IMG/VR virus record: IMGVR_UViG_3300035662_000021
Direction: 5' to 3' (one strand)
Source of the DNA: an uncultured virus (IMG/VR IMGVR_UViG_3300035662_000021)
Lineage: Duplodnaviria > Heunggongvirae > Uroviricota > Caudoviricetes
Length of the DNA: 64,000 bases
The notes beneath the pieces were generated by a model. It saw only the letters and a program-made list of their open reading frames with translations, searched no databases and had not been told where the DNA came from. Made by a program: the position numbers and the translations under genes. This document shows positions 29,601-38,133 of the stretch, one piece after another; within the stretch, counting starts at the first letter, position 1; every line of letters begins with the position of its first letter.

Positions 29601-30603
29601 CCTTGGCGTACTTGCTCGCGTCCTGGCTGGGCTTAAGGATGGAGACGATCGCCTGCTGGATGCCGGCAAAGGTGGAGCCGACCGGCACACCTTGAGCGGT
29701 AGCACCGGAGATGGCAGCGTTGAGCTCTTCAAGGCTGACGCCGGATGCCTTGGCGGTCGGCGCGAGGCGGCCGATCTCCCTGGCGTATTCACCGGCGACG
29801 ATCTTGCCGTCGTTCTGGGTTTGGATGATGCTGTCGGTGACCTTGGTGGCGTCCTCGGCACTGAGGCCATAGGCGTTGAGGACGGATGTGAGGCCGTCGC
29901 CTGCGGTCTGCAGATCGGTGAAGCCACCAGTGGCGAGCAGTGCTGCGGCACGCATCACCTCGGTGTTGCTGGCAGCATCGGAAAAGCCGGAGCTGGCCAC
30001 GTCGTAGGCGGCCTCCATCAGCTCCACCTGGGAGACGTTGTTGTTCAGTTCGCGGGACAGGTTGGCAAGGTTGCGGCCCAGCTCGTCGGTATTCACCCCC
30101 AGGGTGGAGACTGCAGCGCGAGCGGTGTCGAACTGGCTGATCGTGCGGGGAATGCTGCTGACAGCCTGGAGCGCAGCGCCGGCAGCATTGGTGAGGGTGT
30201 TGGACAGGCTGAACGCGATGCCCTGCACCACACCATCGAGCAGCCGGAACTGATTAGCGGCGGCGGGTGCGTCGGAGGCATCGACCTTAAGAAGAGTTTT
30301 TTCCCGGCTTAGTTCAGTGCGCTCTGCTCTAAGTGCCTCTAGTTGCTTCCCTGCTTCGACGTACTCAGATGAATCAACCTTAAGAGTTGCCCTTTGATTG
30401 TTGAGGGTTCCAATCTCTTTGATCAACGCACCTAGACGGCTGTTGATCTCGCTTATCCGATTGCCTGCCCCAGCGACTCCATTGCTCAGGCCTTTTTCCA
30501 GCCCCTGCCCAGCCTTTGCGGCCTCTTGCGGCAGCTGCTGAAACCCGCGCAGCACCTCGCTGAAATCACCACCAACCTTGACCTGAAAATCACCGACCGA
30601 CAT
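26659..30603 (-). CDS. Tail tape measure protein (TP901-like core)
   Basis: 1314 aa, Ala/Gln-rich; AAYDVASSG, TSVLNAYG, TQNDGK, RWTGGPV. Confidence 0.92.
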   Translation of the reverse strand: MSVGDFQVKVGGDFSEVLRGFQQLPQEAAKAGQGLEKGLSNGVAGAGNRISEINSRLGALIKEIGTLNNQRATLKVDSSEYVEAGKQLEALRAERTELSREKTLLKVDASDAPAAANQFRLLDGVVQGIAFSLSNTLTNAAGAALQAVSSIPRTISQFDTARAAVSTLGVNTDELGRNLANLSRELNNNVSQVELMEAAYDVASSGFSDAASNTEVMRAAALLATGGFTDLQTAGDGLTSVLNAYGLSAEDATKVTDSIIQTQNDGKIVAGEYAREIGRLAPTAKASGVSLEELNAAISGATAQGVPVGSTFAGIQQAIVSILKPSQDASKYAKELGIEWNASALQAKGLGGFLQQLVEKGAASSESIIRLTGSTEAQTALMPLLNDGLEKYNQFLDNQRTSAGAAASASEKATATIDGSLKRLQNTISNLTVETFKGLAPIVSGSINAITGFVEAIAAVPGPLKALAGVLLGLPSAYLAVKLAVMALNTELIKGQIATAIAGFQQLTTLLKTQFITDLATAKAAWAAFTTSVQTGALQQQIGALTAKFGPLALAIGAVVFAVDTYNRSTADSRSIAESAAAGQDRLTAALVKAGVETGELTSLGGPFARAMQDNTDALSALLAPLQGIPSIGPLVVDALKAVANAAQTAIPGLKGATEAVTFLFNKWRETVANANQTQGLEQAAIALLNLQQEAINAENAAGKLFAELKAAGGPPNTEQTEQIKNLTAALEEARGNGLELAKQFEALAAAARNSGNKEYADELLRLAEAARQGNTLTDARIKQLQSLLPATQASTAATQADTEAQKRAQEATKARAQAEAELNQIIATAPVRNLEAQLAVGQQLVGLSQALADREQSRFAVVKAGLEFELAGAEKRGASEAQIGAIKKQIQELDRQALQARFQALQQEQQLQIKMLELSQQKARLEADLSVQEQRAEILKAQVELQKAQASGSQAEIAAASAQVELQQAILGIKTQQQNTLKQTQPIEAAILGLQQETAINGERAKAAQMGYRFEANGSLVAINALAGAADRVGVVTANSVTEQARLTSVAQQTGLAIERAADGSFVLGRSQQDVTRATEALNRQLDGSATAAGKTADAAGGIGDAVSNASSPADDIASAFISTSGTAPKAAQGARNFAGWLSGAKTFGEQIANLPLVNQMGEVANRTQSAANAAKVFYDWLERASRLPGSRWTGGPVDAGEQYRVNELGQEALLAGGRLSLINAAPNSLWRAPANGTVIPAGITSRLQEQGALPGRAGAALPMGGGGSNAALAVEVGKLRQEVGELARKQWNVNISTKTGPTGSQVLKQMLR

Positions 30604-30604
30604 C

Positions 30605-31030
30605 TCAGTTCACCACGACGGTTGGATTGGTCCAGCGCACAACGATCTGATCCACCACGCCGATACCGTCGCCTGGTGCGTCGCCGTCGATGGTGCTGCT
30701 GGTGGCGCCAGGCAGCAGGGTGATGATGCGCGAGCGGACCGTTTCGAGCGCTGCAGCCGTCTGCCACCCGGAGACGTACAGCCGCCAGGTGGGATTGGTC
30801 AGCGTGCCGCCAGTCATCAGAGCCTGCTCAGCGCCGGACGGAATCGCCGTGATCACCACCTCCACGCCGTCCACCGTGGTGCCAGGCGGCAGCTGTTCAT
30901 TCCGCGCCAGCACCGCCATCGCCGGCCTGGTGGTGCCACCAGTGAAGGTGTAAGTGCCAAGCGCCGCCGCGATGGCTGTATCAGCCATCAGCCGGTCGTG
31001 GATCGCAGCGGCGGTGGTGGGTAGTGCCAT
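30605..31030 (-). CDS. Tail terminator-like protein
   Basis: Size and position. Confidence 0.6.
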   Translation of the reverse strand: MALPTTAAAIHDRLMADTAIAAALGTYTFTGGTTRPAMAVLARNEQLPPGTTVDGVEVVITAIPSGAEQALMTGGTLTNPTWRLYVSGWQTAAALETVRSRIITLLPGATSSTIDGDAPGDGIGVVDQIVVRWTNPTVVVN

Positions 31031-31044
31031 GGCTCAGGTTTCCG

Positions 31045-32124
31045 TTACCGAGAGCGGCGAGGGGCCACCCGAAAACGCCCGTAGGTGGTAGCAGTGCCCC
31101 CGGACAGAGTCGGCTGGCGAGCCTTGCCTCTGGTGATGGTTGTTGTTGGCTTGCCAAGCTGGCCGGTGCCACGCAGCTTGCGGACGCCAGCACGTCGAGC
31201 TGACTGAGCTTGTGCCGCCTGGCCGCGAGTGCGGATGCTGGCGTTATTTCTGACGGTGACGTTCTTGGCGATCAGTGATCCACCAGCGAATACGTTGGGC
31301 CCCGTGAAAGGATCATTTGAAGTGCGCTGCCTTACTTTTGCGTATCTATAACTGCCGCCTAGTCCATTTGCCCGTCCGGGAGAGTCCGGGATTCGGCTCA
31401 GCCTGCCTGGCGTAAATGGCAAAGCAGAAGATGTTGGCGTGCGGCCGTACAAATTGCTGCTGCGAACGGTTGCGTTAAGCGAGCTCCTAACTCTGGCTCT
31501 AGTTTCTTGGCGGTTTTTAACATCGTTGGAGCGATTGCGGGCAGTGCTTCGCTTAGTGCTCTTAGGGATCTTTGCGGCGATATTGCTTATCAGTTGATCC
31601 CTGCTCAGGTTGCTGGGGTTTTCAGGCCTGCCGCCTTTCTTCTTGACCTTCAGGCCGCCGGCTTTGTTCATGTAGTCCAAAGCCCTTGTGCGGGTGTCTT
31701 TGGAGTTGGCTGCCTTGACAGCGTTGACACGCTTAAACCCACCAGAGCGCTTGGGATCCGTGCGCAGCCTGCCAATCATCCGCTCAACCTTGGCAGCATC
31801 AACGCCACGGCCATAGGTCTTCGGCGCCGTCTTTGCTTTCCCTTTCACCGCTCCCGGCTTCAGCCCCTTCGGCTTCCCGATCGTCCCTTTCGGTCCACCT
31901 TTCAGCTTCCCGACCTGGCGGGCCCTGGCGTTCCCCGATGCAGTCTTCAGCCGTCCACCGCGTGCTGTAGCGCCCGATCCGCCCTGGCCAGTGATCTTCC
32001 CTGCGTTATCTCGCGTCAGGCGGTTCTTTGCGCCCTTGCTGAATCCCTTCGTGGCTGGCCGGCCGCTGCCACCACCACCACCGGCAAACCGGCCCCGTGC
32101 ATCGCGTCTGTAGGTGCGGGCCAT
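31045..32124 (-). CDS. Highly basic Arg/Lys/Gly-rich protein
   Basis: MARTYRRDARGRFAGGG...; very few acidic residues. Confidence 0.75.
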   Translation of the reverse strand: MARTYRRDARGRFAGGGGGSGRPATKGFSKGAKNRLTRDNAGKITGQGGSGATARGGRLKTASGNARARQVGKLKGGPKGTIGKPKGLKPGAVKGKAKTAPKTYGRGVDAAKVERMIGRLRTDPKRSGGFKRVNAVKAANSKDTRTRALDYMNKAGGLKVKKKGGRPENPSNLSRDQLISNIAAKIPKSTKRSTARNRSNDVKNRQETRARVRSSLNATVRSSNLYGRTPTSSALPFTPGRLSRIPDSPGRANGLGGSYRYAKVRQRTSNDPFTGPNVFAGGSLIAKNVTVRNNASIRTRGQAAQAQSARRAGVRKLRGTGQLGKPTTTITRGKARQPTLSGGTATTYGRFRVAPRRSR

Positions 32125-32191
32125 TGCCTCGGCGCTGACTATCCCTGAGTTTTCCGGCCACCACGGCAAACTCACCAAACGCCATCACGCC

Positions 32192-32413
32192 ATGGATGCA
32201 CTGCCCCTTCAGGAACAGCTCAGAAACGAGCAGTGGCGGCGGATGATCAAAGGCGCCAGGCCGGCTGATCTGGAAAACCTCCGCACGATGGCGCTGAAGA
32301 TCCTGGAGTACGCCGAAACCAACCGCAGCCTGGCACTGGTGCAAGCCCGGATGATGCTCCCCCAGCAGCAGAATGCCCCAGCCGCCGAAGCGACCAGGGC
32401 ACCTGCATCCTGA
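32192..32413 (+). CDS. Hypothetical protein
   Basis: MDALPLQEQLR...; GGCAAACT motif upstream. Confidence 0.6.
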   Translation: MDALPLQEQLRNEQWRRMIKGARPADLENLRTMALKILEYAETNRSLALVQARMMLPQQQNAPAAEATRAPAS

Positions 32414-32422
32414 ACGCGAGGG

Positions 32423-33262
32423 TCAGAACTCCAGCTCATAGGGCCCGTAGGCCCGCAGGGTGGTGCTGTACTTCACGATCTCACCAGCGGCATTGGACTC
32501 CTCGAAACCGGTGAAGCGGCCGTAGCCGTAGCTGGTTTCGTTGAACCCGGTCGGGCCCACCCGCGCGTATTTAACCATCAGGCCCTCGCGCACTGACTCC
32601 TTGGCGGAGATGCGCAGCAGCTTGTAGGCCGCGTCGCTGTGGTTGGTGACACCCTCCAGGCTCCAGGACATGGACTTGCTGGTAGCGATCGACGTGTCGA
32701 ACGACTTGGATTCGTCGTCGTAGGTGATCACCGTCTCCTCACCCTCAGACTCGCTGGGAGCGCAGTTGGTGAGGCCCAGTAGGCGAATCGGTGCATCGGT
32801 GCCGTTGAGCAGCATCGAGCTGCCAACCACTGCCCCGCTGGTAACGGTGGCCTCGGTCTGGTTGGCTGCGGTCAGTGCGTAGGTCAGCGTGAACGGCGCA
32901 GTGGTCGTCACGGCGGTGACCGTGAAGGTGCCGTTTGCAGCAGTAAACGGTGCGGGCAAGTTGGCCACGCCGATCACGCTGCCGTTGGCGATGCCATGGG
33001 CGCTGCCGAACGTCAGTGTCACCACGTTGGATGCGATGGCAGCCTTGGTGACCACCTTGGTATCACCGGCCAGCAGCTTGAACGTGGAGCCGGTGCCATG
33101 CGGGAACACCAGCGAGGTGTTAGCCATCACCGTGGTGTTGTCGATGAACTTGCCAGCACCGAGGCCTGCGTTAGGCAGCAGGGTGGACAGGTTCACCGAT
33201 CCTTTCTTCAGGACCTGGAAGAAGAAGTTGTAGCCGTAGGCCTGCGAGTAGACCGAAGACAT
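32423..33262 (-). CDS. Major tail (tube) protein with inserted beta domain
   Basis: ETVITYDD, SWSLEG, GYGRFTGFEESNAAGEIVKYSTTLRAYG. Confidence 0.82.
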   Translation of the reverse strand: MSSVYSQAYGYNFFFQVLKKGSVNLSTLLPNAGLGAGKFIDNTTVMANTSLVFPHGTGSTFKLLAGDTKVVTKAAIASNVVTLTFGSAHGIANGSVIGVANLPAPFTAANGTFTVTAVTTTAPFTLTYALTAANQTEATVTSGAVVGSSMLLNGTDAPIRLLGLTNCAPSESEGEETVITYDDESKSFDTSIATSKSMSWSLEGVTNHSDAAYKLLRISAKESVREGLMVKYARVGPTGFNETSYGYGRFTGFEESNAAGEIVKYSTTLRAYGPYELEF

Positions 33263-33370
33263 GGGAGCAGCAGAACGCTTCCCTGTCAGCGGTCCCGACT
33301 GCCGTATGCCGTGCTAACGGCTTAACCACGGGTCGGAAACCTAGCCGTACCCCACCCTCTCGGCGCTGCA

Positions 33371-33676
33371 GTGAGCTGTTATCCCCGTGGCGTGTGCCAC
33401 TGCCCGCACATGAAGAACCGGCCATTTCAGGCGCGGGTGTGGTTTCAGGGGCGGTATTGGAGCCTGGGGTATTTCGCCAGCATCACTGAAGCTGAGATTC
33501 GGGTGAATCGGGTGTATCGGGAGATGGCGGAATGGAAAGAGATGCAGCTTCCGCCGCCCACACTGCTCCGCCAGATCCAGCAGCGGGCATCGGCACTTGC
33601 AGCAGCGCCGCTGGATCCGGCTGCCCCGGCCAGTGGAACGACCGCGGCTGGCCCTGAGCTGTCGCCTCAGCGATGA
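33371..33676 (+). CDS. AP2-domain DNA-binding protein
   Basis: YPRGV...FQARVWFQGRYWSLGYFASITEA matches the AP2 pattern. Confidence 0.65.
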   Translation: MSCYPRGVCHCPHMKNRPFQARVWFQGRYWSLGYFASITEAEIRVNRVYREMAEWKEMQLPPPTLLRQIQQRASALAAAPLDPAAPASGTTAAGPELSPQR

Positions 33677-34175
33677 GGAACCCACGCCAGCCATCAGCGG
33701 TAGGCGTGGGTGCCAGGAGGATGGCATCGTCGGCCACCAGTGCAAGGCGTGGCGGCGCGGGCTGGCCGTTGCCGGCGGCATGGAGCGGTTCGTAGAACGC
33801 CAGCGCGAAGCTGGGGAATTCGCGATCAGCGATCAGCTGGAGCATGGCAGCACCGGCATCAACGGGCGGTCGATCGCCTGGTTCCTGCTGGCGGAACAGG
33901 TAGAGATCCTCGAGCTTGGGGATAGCCGAGCGCTCAGAGGCATGGCAGGCAACGAGGCGCTGATGGAGGAATGCGATGGGTGCTTCCTGCCAGTGCAGCT
34001 GCTGCATCAGCCAGCGCTCACCTTCCTCGATCGCTTCCGTGATGTAGTCGATGCTGAGGCGGCCGAAGGTGTCGGGGCTGAACTCGGCGGCAGCAGGCCA
34101 GAGGCGTTTGCATCGCCAGTAGGCGCTGGTCCAGTCGGTGGGCTCGAAGGTGATGGATCCGGCGCGAGCTTTCCC
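33483..34175 (-). CDS. Tail assembly chaperone frameshift extension (gpT-like)
   Basis: -1 frame is open from GGGAAAG (34169-34175) into ORF 33483-34007. Confidence 0.75.
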   Translation of the reverse strand, partial: GKARAGSITFEPTDWTSAYWRCKRLWPAAAEFSPDTFGRLSIDYITEAIEEGERWLMQQLHWQEAPIAFLHQRLVACHASERSAIPKLEDLYLFRQQEPGDRPPVDAGAAMLQLIADREFPSFALAFYEPLHAAGNGQPAPPRLALVADDAILLAPTPTADGWRGFLIAEATAQGQPRSFHWPGQPDPAALLQVPMPAAGSGGAVWAAEAASLSIPPSPDTPDSPESQLQ

Positions 34176-34726
34176 AGCGTCTCAACCATCCCTTCAACGA
34201 GTTCCTCGGGGGACTTAGGCGGCTGGCGGCCGTTGCGCTCACGGTCGATGAAGTCGCAGATGGCAGCCTTCAGTGGTGTGGGGAGCGGATCGGTGTCGGC
34301 ATCGGTCCAGGCATCCATGCCAGCGATGCGGTGACGGATGGCAGCGGTGCAGGTGCGGGTCTGCAGCTGGAGGTGTGCCTTGGTGAGTTCGATCTGCACT
34401 TCGGCCACCAGGGCAGCATGGTGGAGCATGGCGCGTTGCTCGGCGGGCTCCAGTGGCAGGGGGATGCCCATGCGTGTGGAGACGATGCGAATTGCGATGC
34501 GCTGCGCTTCGGTTTCTTCGCTACCGGCGGTGATCAGTGCATCTGCCAAGCGGGATGATTCGCGGTAGACCACAGCCTGATAGGCGTAGTCGGCGATGTC
34601 GATTTCCTCGCCGCTGGAGATCGAACCGAAAACGGGAAACTCGATGGAACAGGTTTCGCCGTTGACGGTGGCCTCGACGATTTCGGTCTGCCGCTTTGGT
34701 GCGACAACGAAGGGGAGGTTAGGCAC
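34007..34726 (-). CDS. Tail assembly chaperone (gpG-like)
   Basis: Contains G GGA AAG slippery site at LGKL. Confidence 0.78.
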   Translation of the reverse strand: MPNLPFVVAPKRQTEIVEATVNGETCSIEFPVFGSISSGEEIDIADYAYQAVVYRESSRLADALITAGSEETEAQRIAIRIVSTRMGIPLPLEPAEQRAMLHHAALVAEVQIELTKAHLQLQTRTCTAAIRHRIAGMDAWTDADTDPLPTPLKAAICDFIDRERNGRQPPKSPEELVEGMVETLGKLAPDPSPSSPPTGPAPTGDANASGLLPPSSAPTPSAASASTTSRKRSRKVSAG

Positions 34727-34761
34727 GGGGCCGGTGGTGGGGGTGGCTTAGGTTTCCGGGG

Positions 34762-35274
34762 TCAGCGGCGCAGCTTGCCCAGCCAGACGCTGCGGAGTCG
34801 ATCGCCGACGTTGTAGACGCGGATGCCGGAGACGTTCTCCTGCCCCAGCACGGCGCGGGTCCAGGGGCGGGCGGGGATGATGACACGCTGGGCGTTGTCA
34901 TTGCCCCAGGGCTTGATGCTGCCGCCCTCATGGATTAAGGTGGCGTACTCGGCGGACCACTTGAACGTGGCCTCGTATGGCCCGCTCATCCACCAGCTGT
35001 CGGTTTGGCGGAGGTTGCCACCATCCACAATGTTGCGCGGGTTGGGCGGGGTGATGCCCTCTCCCCTGCGGTAGCTGGCAGCACGTTCCTTGAGCGTGTC
35101 GCCGTTCAGGTTCCGGGTTGGCAGGCTGCGCGGCCAGTTCCAGGCGTTGGCGTCAAACGACGCCTGGAACGCCGCTGCCAGCTCCTCCATCACAAACTCC
35201 GTCGCCTGCCTGGCCGCAGCCTCCGCCATGGCCTGCAGGCTGGTGGTCTGGGTGACCGTGGCCTTGATGCTCAT
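34762..35274 (-). CDS. HK97 gp10-like neck/tail completion protein
   Basis: IVDGGNLRQ, YATLIHEG, IPARPW. Confidence 0.8.
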   Translation of the reverse strand: MSIKATVTQTTSLQAMAEAAARQATEFVMEELAAAFQASFDANAWNWPRSLPTRNLNGDTLKERAASYRRGEGITPPNPRNIVDGGNLRQTDSWWMSGPYEATFKWSAEYATLIHEGGSIKPWGNDNAQRVIIPARPWTRAVLGQENVSGIRVYNVGDRLRSVWLGKLRR

Positions 35275-35750
35275 CCCGCCACCTGCAGCTCTACTCGAAT
35301 GCGGTCGCCTAGCTGTTGGCGCAGCTCAGCACCGATGCCACCAGGGCCGTACGGGTCGGCCAGCGCCAGGATGGTGGCCTCGCCCTGCTGGCCGTTGTTG
35401 GTGATCGTCGGCAGGTCGGGCAGCACACCGAGGAACCCACGGCCGGATGCACCGGGCAGCAGGCCTGCAGGGGCCAGGCCGGTGTCAGTCCAGGTGAGCG
35501 CCGACTGTGCAGCGAGCCAGGACGTGTTGGCAGGGAGCACAGCCCACGCGGTGATGTATCCGGCCAGTACGCGGCGCCGAGGGTCGATGCTGGGCAACCC
35601 TGGCGCGTCGGTGTTCTCGCCCTTGGCGAAGCACTCCACCACCCACGATGCGGTAGCCGCGGGCATGCCGGCGCGAAGGTTGGCGGGGATCGCTGCCGGC
35701 TGCGGGATCAGCAGGCGGAGGTTGGCGTAGTCGTAGAAATCCGTCGCCAC
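35271..35750 (-). CDS. Head closure-like protein
   Basis: Position. Confidence 0.6.
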   Translation of the reverse strand: MATDFYDYANLRLLIPQPAAIPANLRAGMPAATASWVVECFAKGENTDAPGLPSIDPRRRVLAGYITAWAVLPANTSWLAAQSALTWTDTGLAPAGLLPGASGRGFLGVLPDLPTITNNGQQGEATILALADPYGPGGIGAELRQQLGDRIRVELQVAG

Positions 35751-35754
35751 GGTG

Positions 35755-36261
35755 TCAGCTCCGAACCAACCTGGAACCGCTGCCGCCGTCGCCGTCGTAG
35801 GGCTTGATCCCGAGGGTTTGAAACACCTTCGCCTTCAGCTTGTCCACGCGGGCGTGGAGCACACCACCAGCAGTCGAGTCACTACGGCGACCGGCCTGGT
35901 ACTTCACCTTCAGCAGCGAGCTGTCCCACTCCAGGACATCGGCCTTGGTCTGCCGGTCCTGGCGGGTCAGCGTGGTGCCAGGCGTGGGGCCTTCGTATGA
36001 CTCCACGTTGCCGAGGTGTGCGGTGCCGTCCTCAACCTGATCCGCCCAGTTCTGCTCCAGCGTCTCGATCTCATCAATCCACCCCTGCACTGAGGTAACC
36101 GCTGCAGGCGACACCTGCGCGATGCGGTTCATCGTCGCGGTGAGCTGCGTCAGGTTGTATTCCGACAGCGGCCACAGCGCATATTCTCGAATCAGCTCGC
36201 GGTCATCGATGACGCTGCCGCCGTTCGGCCGCCACAGCGCGTTCAGGGTCGGAATCGTCAT
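35755..36261 (-). CDS. Head-tail adaptor-like protein
   Basis: KADVLEWD motif; position. Confidence 0.65.
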   Translation of the reverse strand: MTIPTLNALWRPNGGSVIDDRELIREYALWPLSEYNLTQLTATMNRIAQVSPAAVTSVQGWIDEIETLEQNWADQVEDGTAHLGNVESYEGPTPGTTLTRQDRQTKADVLEWDSSLLKVKYQAGRRSDSTAGGVLHARVDKLKAKVFQTLGIKPYDGDGGSGSRLVRS

Positions 36262-37097
36262 GCTTCAGGTTTCCGGGCGCGAAACAGCCGACGGATCAGG
36301 CGCCACAGCACCCACCATCGACCGCACCGATACGCCACGCGACTGGGTGTGATCGGCCGGTGGTCGGTCGTTGCGGTCGCACCCACCATGAATGGCGGCG
36401 TGACGCGGCCTTCCCAGTTCAGTGCCATGCCTGGAGCGCTTTCCAGGTGAATCGCGATCACTTCAGGCAACAGCTCGCGCCTTTCCCGTGGCCAGGAAGT
36501 ACCGAACTGGAAATCGGTGCGGGCTGCAGTGCCGTGCGTCTCTGGATAGAAATGAGTGCCTGAACCCTTGGGGTTCCACATCTGCCAGTAACCGATGGGC
36601 ACGTACCCACCACCTGGCTCCATGTACTGCGCAATGCGCACGCCAACGGGAAACGCAGTTGGGTGGACAAATACCCAGCCTTCCTGGATTGGAGTTGGCG
36701 CATCGAGATAGCGTGCAAAGTCTTGGGCCGAGGGGCACATCAGCCGATCACAGCCGTAGATCTTCCTGCTGTCCAGCGGTAGGTTACTGATGACCCGGCG
36801 GGTTTTAGGTGGTAGGTAAATATCAGCATCCATGTGAACAACCCAGCCGTTGCGCTTCAGTCGCTTGAGGCCTGCATTGATACCTTTAGCCTTTGCGAAT
36901 ACATCACCATCGGCGGTGAATACATCTGTTTGGACGCATTCAACGTCGTAGGTTTCGCATAACTTTTGGGTGGCCGTGTCGTCTGGCGTGGTGACAACCA
37001 CCATGCGATCAAACTGGTTCCGGTTTGCTGGTAGCGTCCACGCCAGGAAGTCGGCGTAGTTAACGCAAATGACAACCGCCTCGATCGGGGCGTTCAT
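36258..37097 (-). CDS. Glycosyltransferase family 2 (GT-A)
   Basis: VICVNY, KAKGINAG, HMDADI (DxD), GYWQMW. Confidence 0.82.
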   Translation of the reverse strand: MNAPIEAVVICVNYADFLAWTLPANRNQFDRMVVVTTPDDTATQKLCETYDVECVQTDVFTADGDVFAKAKGINAGLKRLKRNGWVVHMDADIYLPPKTRRVISNLPLDSRKIYGCDRLMCPSAQDFARYLDAPTPIQEGWVFVHPTAFPVGVRIAQYMEPGGGYVPIGYWQMWNPKGSGTHFYPETHGTAARTDFQFGTSWPRERRELLPEVIAIHLESAPGMALNWEGRVTPPFMVGATATTDHRPITPSRVAYRCGRWWVLWRLIRRLFRARKPEA

Positions 37098-37121
37098 TGT
37101 GGTGGCGGTGATGGGTCTGGC

Positions 37122-37310
37122 TCAGGTTTCCTGTGCCGTGATCCAATCCTTCAGGTCGCGCACGTACTGCCTGAGCTGGTGTGCTGCGCGAGCGTGGAAC
37201 GGCTCGCTGGTGGTGCGCAGCAGGTGCTCATGCCGATCGATTGCAGCCAGTGATTCGCGGATCAGGTTGTTCCACGGCGCCCTGGTCGGCGGCTCCCACT
37301 CGCGGGGCAT
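37122..37310 (-). CDS. Hypothetical protein
   Basis: MPREWEPPTRAPWN...AIDRH...LRQYV.DLK.WI. Confidence 0.7.
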   Translation of the reverse strand: MPREWEPPTRAPWNNLIRESLAAIDRHEHLLRTTSEPFHARAAHQLRQYVRDLKDWITAQET

Positions 37311-37380
37311 CGTGGTGGCGTGCGTGACTGGTGGAGGTTTCCGGTGGGGGCGGAAACCTAAGCCGTTCGATTCCCCCACC

Positions 37381-37527
37381 ATGAGCGCACCCAAGGTGAC
37401 CGCTGTAGGCCGCATGCTGCGCCCGAAGCACGGCGAGCCGCAGCGGCATCACGTCATCGCTGTCTCGGCATCGGGCCAGGTGCGCACGGTGGTCGACCGG
37501 CAAACTCAGGCACCAGCAGCAGACTGA
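37381..37527 (+). CDS. Small hypothetical protein
   Basis: MSAPKVTAVGRML...; GGAAACCT motif upstream. Confidence 0.55.
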   Translation: MSAPKVTAVGRMLRPKHGEPQRHHVIAVSASGQVRTVVDRQTQAPAAD

Positions 37528-37577
37528 TGCCAAAGGGCAAGGGTTACGGGAAAGGTGGCGGGAAGAAGGGGAAGTAG
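37527..37577 (+). CDS. 16-aa basic peptide MPKGKGYGKGGGKKGK
   Basis: TGATG coupling; GGCAAACT motif at 37499-37506. Confidence 0.55.
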   Translation: MPKGKGYGKGGGKKGK

Positions 37578-37578
37578 C

Positions 37579-37971
37579 TCAGATCGCGATGCCCGCGTCA
37601 ATCGCTCGCTGATGGGCGAACTTTTCTGCTGCGACCTTGATCGCGTGGTCTTTGTCGCGGGCCCAGAGGTAGATGTAGTACGGGCCATCCAATCCCATCC
37701 TGCGCACCAAGCCAACGTCATCACGTCGCAGCATGGTTAACGGGGTTTCGTCATATCCGTAAACACTTTGGTCCTCTGCGTTCCGCTCGCGGCAGTAAAA
37801 ACCGGTCAGCCCCGCGTACTGAACAGGCAAAGTCGGATCAAGCGGGAACTCTTCAATCCCGGCGTCTTCATACCGTGGCAGCTCAGCTTCGGCTAGCTCC
37901 CTAGTGGTGAAAATGGCAATCACGCTGTAGTCAGAGTAACTACCAGACGAAATGGCGTAACAGGTTTTCAT
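37579..37971 (-). CDS. Hypothetical protein
   Basis: YAISSGSYSDYSVIAIFTTRELAE motif. Confidence 0.7.
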   Translation of the reverse strand: MKTCYAISSGSYSDYSVIAIFTTRELAEAELPRYEDAGIEEFPLDPTLPVQYAGLTGFYCRERNAEDQSVYGYDETPLTMLRRDDVGLVRRMGLDGPYYIYLWARDKDHAIKVAAEKFAHQRAIDAGIAI

Positions 37972-37989
37972 GGTGGTGCGTGCGATGGT

Positions 37990-38133
37990 TTACCAATCCC
38001 CCTGCCTGCTGACCCTGATCACGCGAGCACCAGGGCCCGCCAGCTCTAGGGCAGATGCGATGGCCTGGGCCTGGGTGAGGGCGTAGAGCTCGATAGGGCC
38101 GGTGGTTAGCTGGACGTGGTAGAGGCGGGGCAT
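37990..38133 (-). CDS. Hypothetical protein
   Basis: MPRLYHVQLTTGPIELYALTQAQAIASALELAG. Confidence 0.55.
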   Translation of the reverse strand: MPRLYHVQLTTGPIELYALTQAQAIASALELAGPGARVIRVSRQGDW

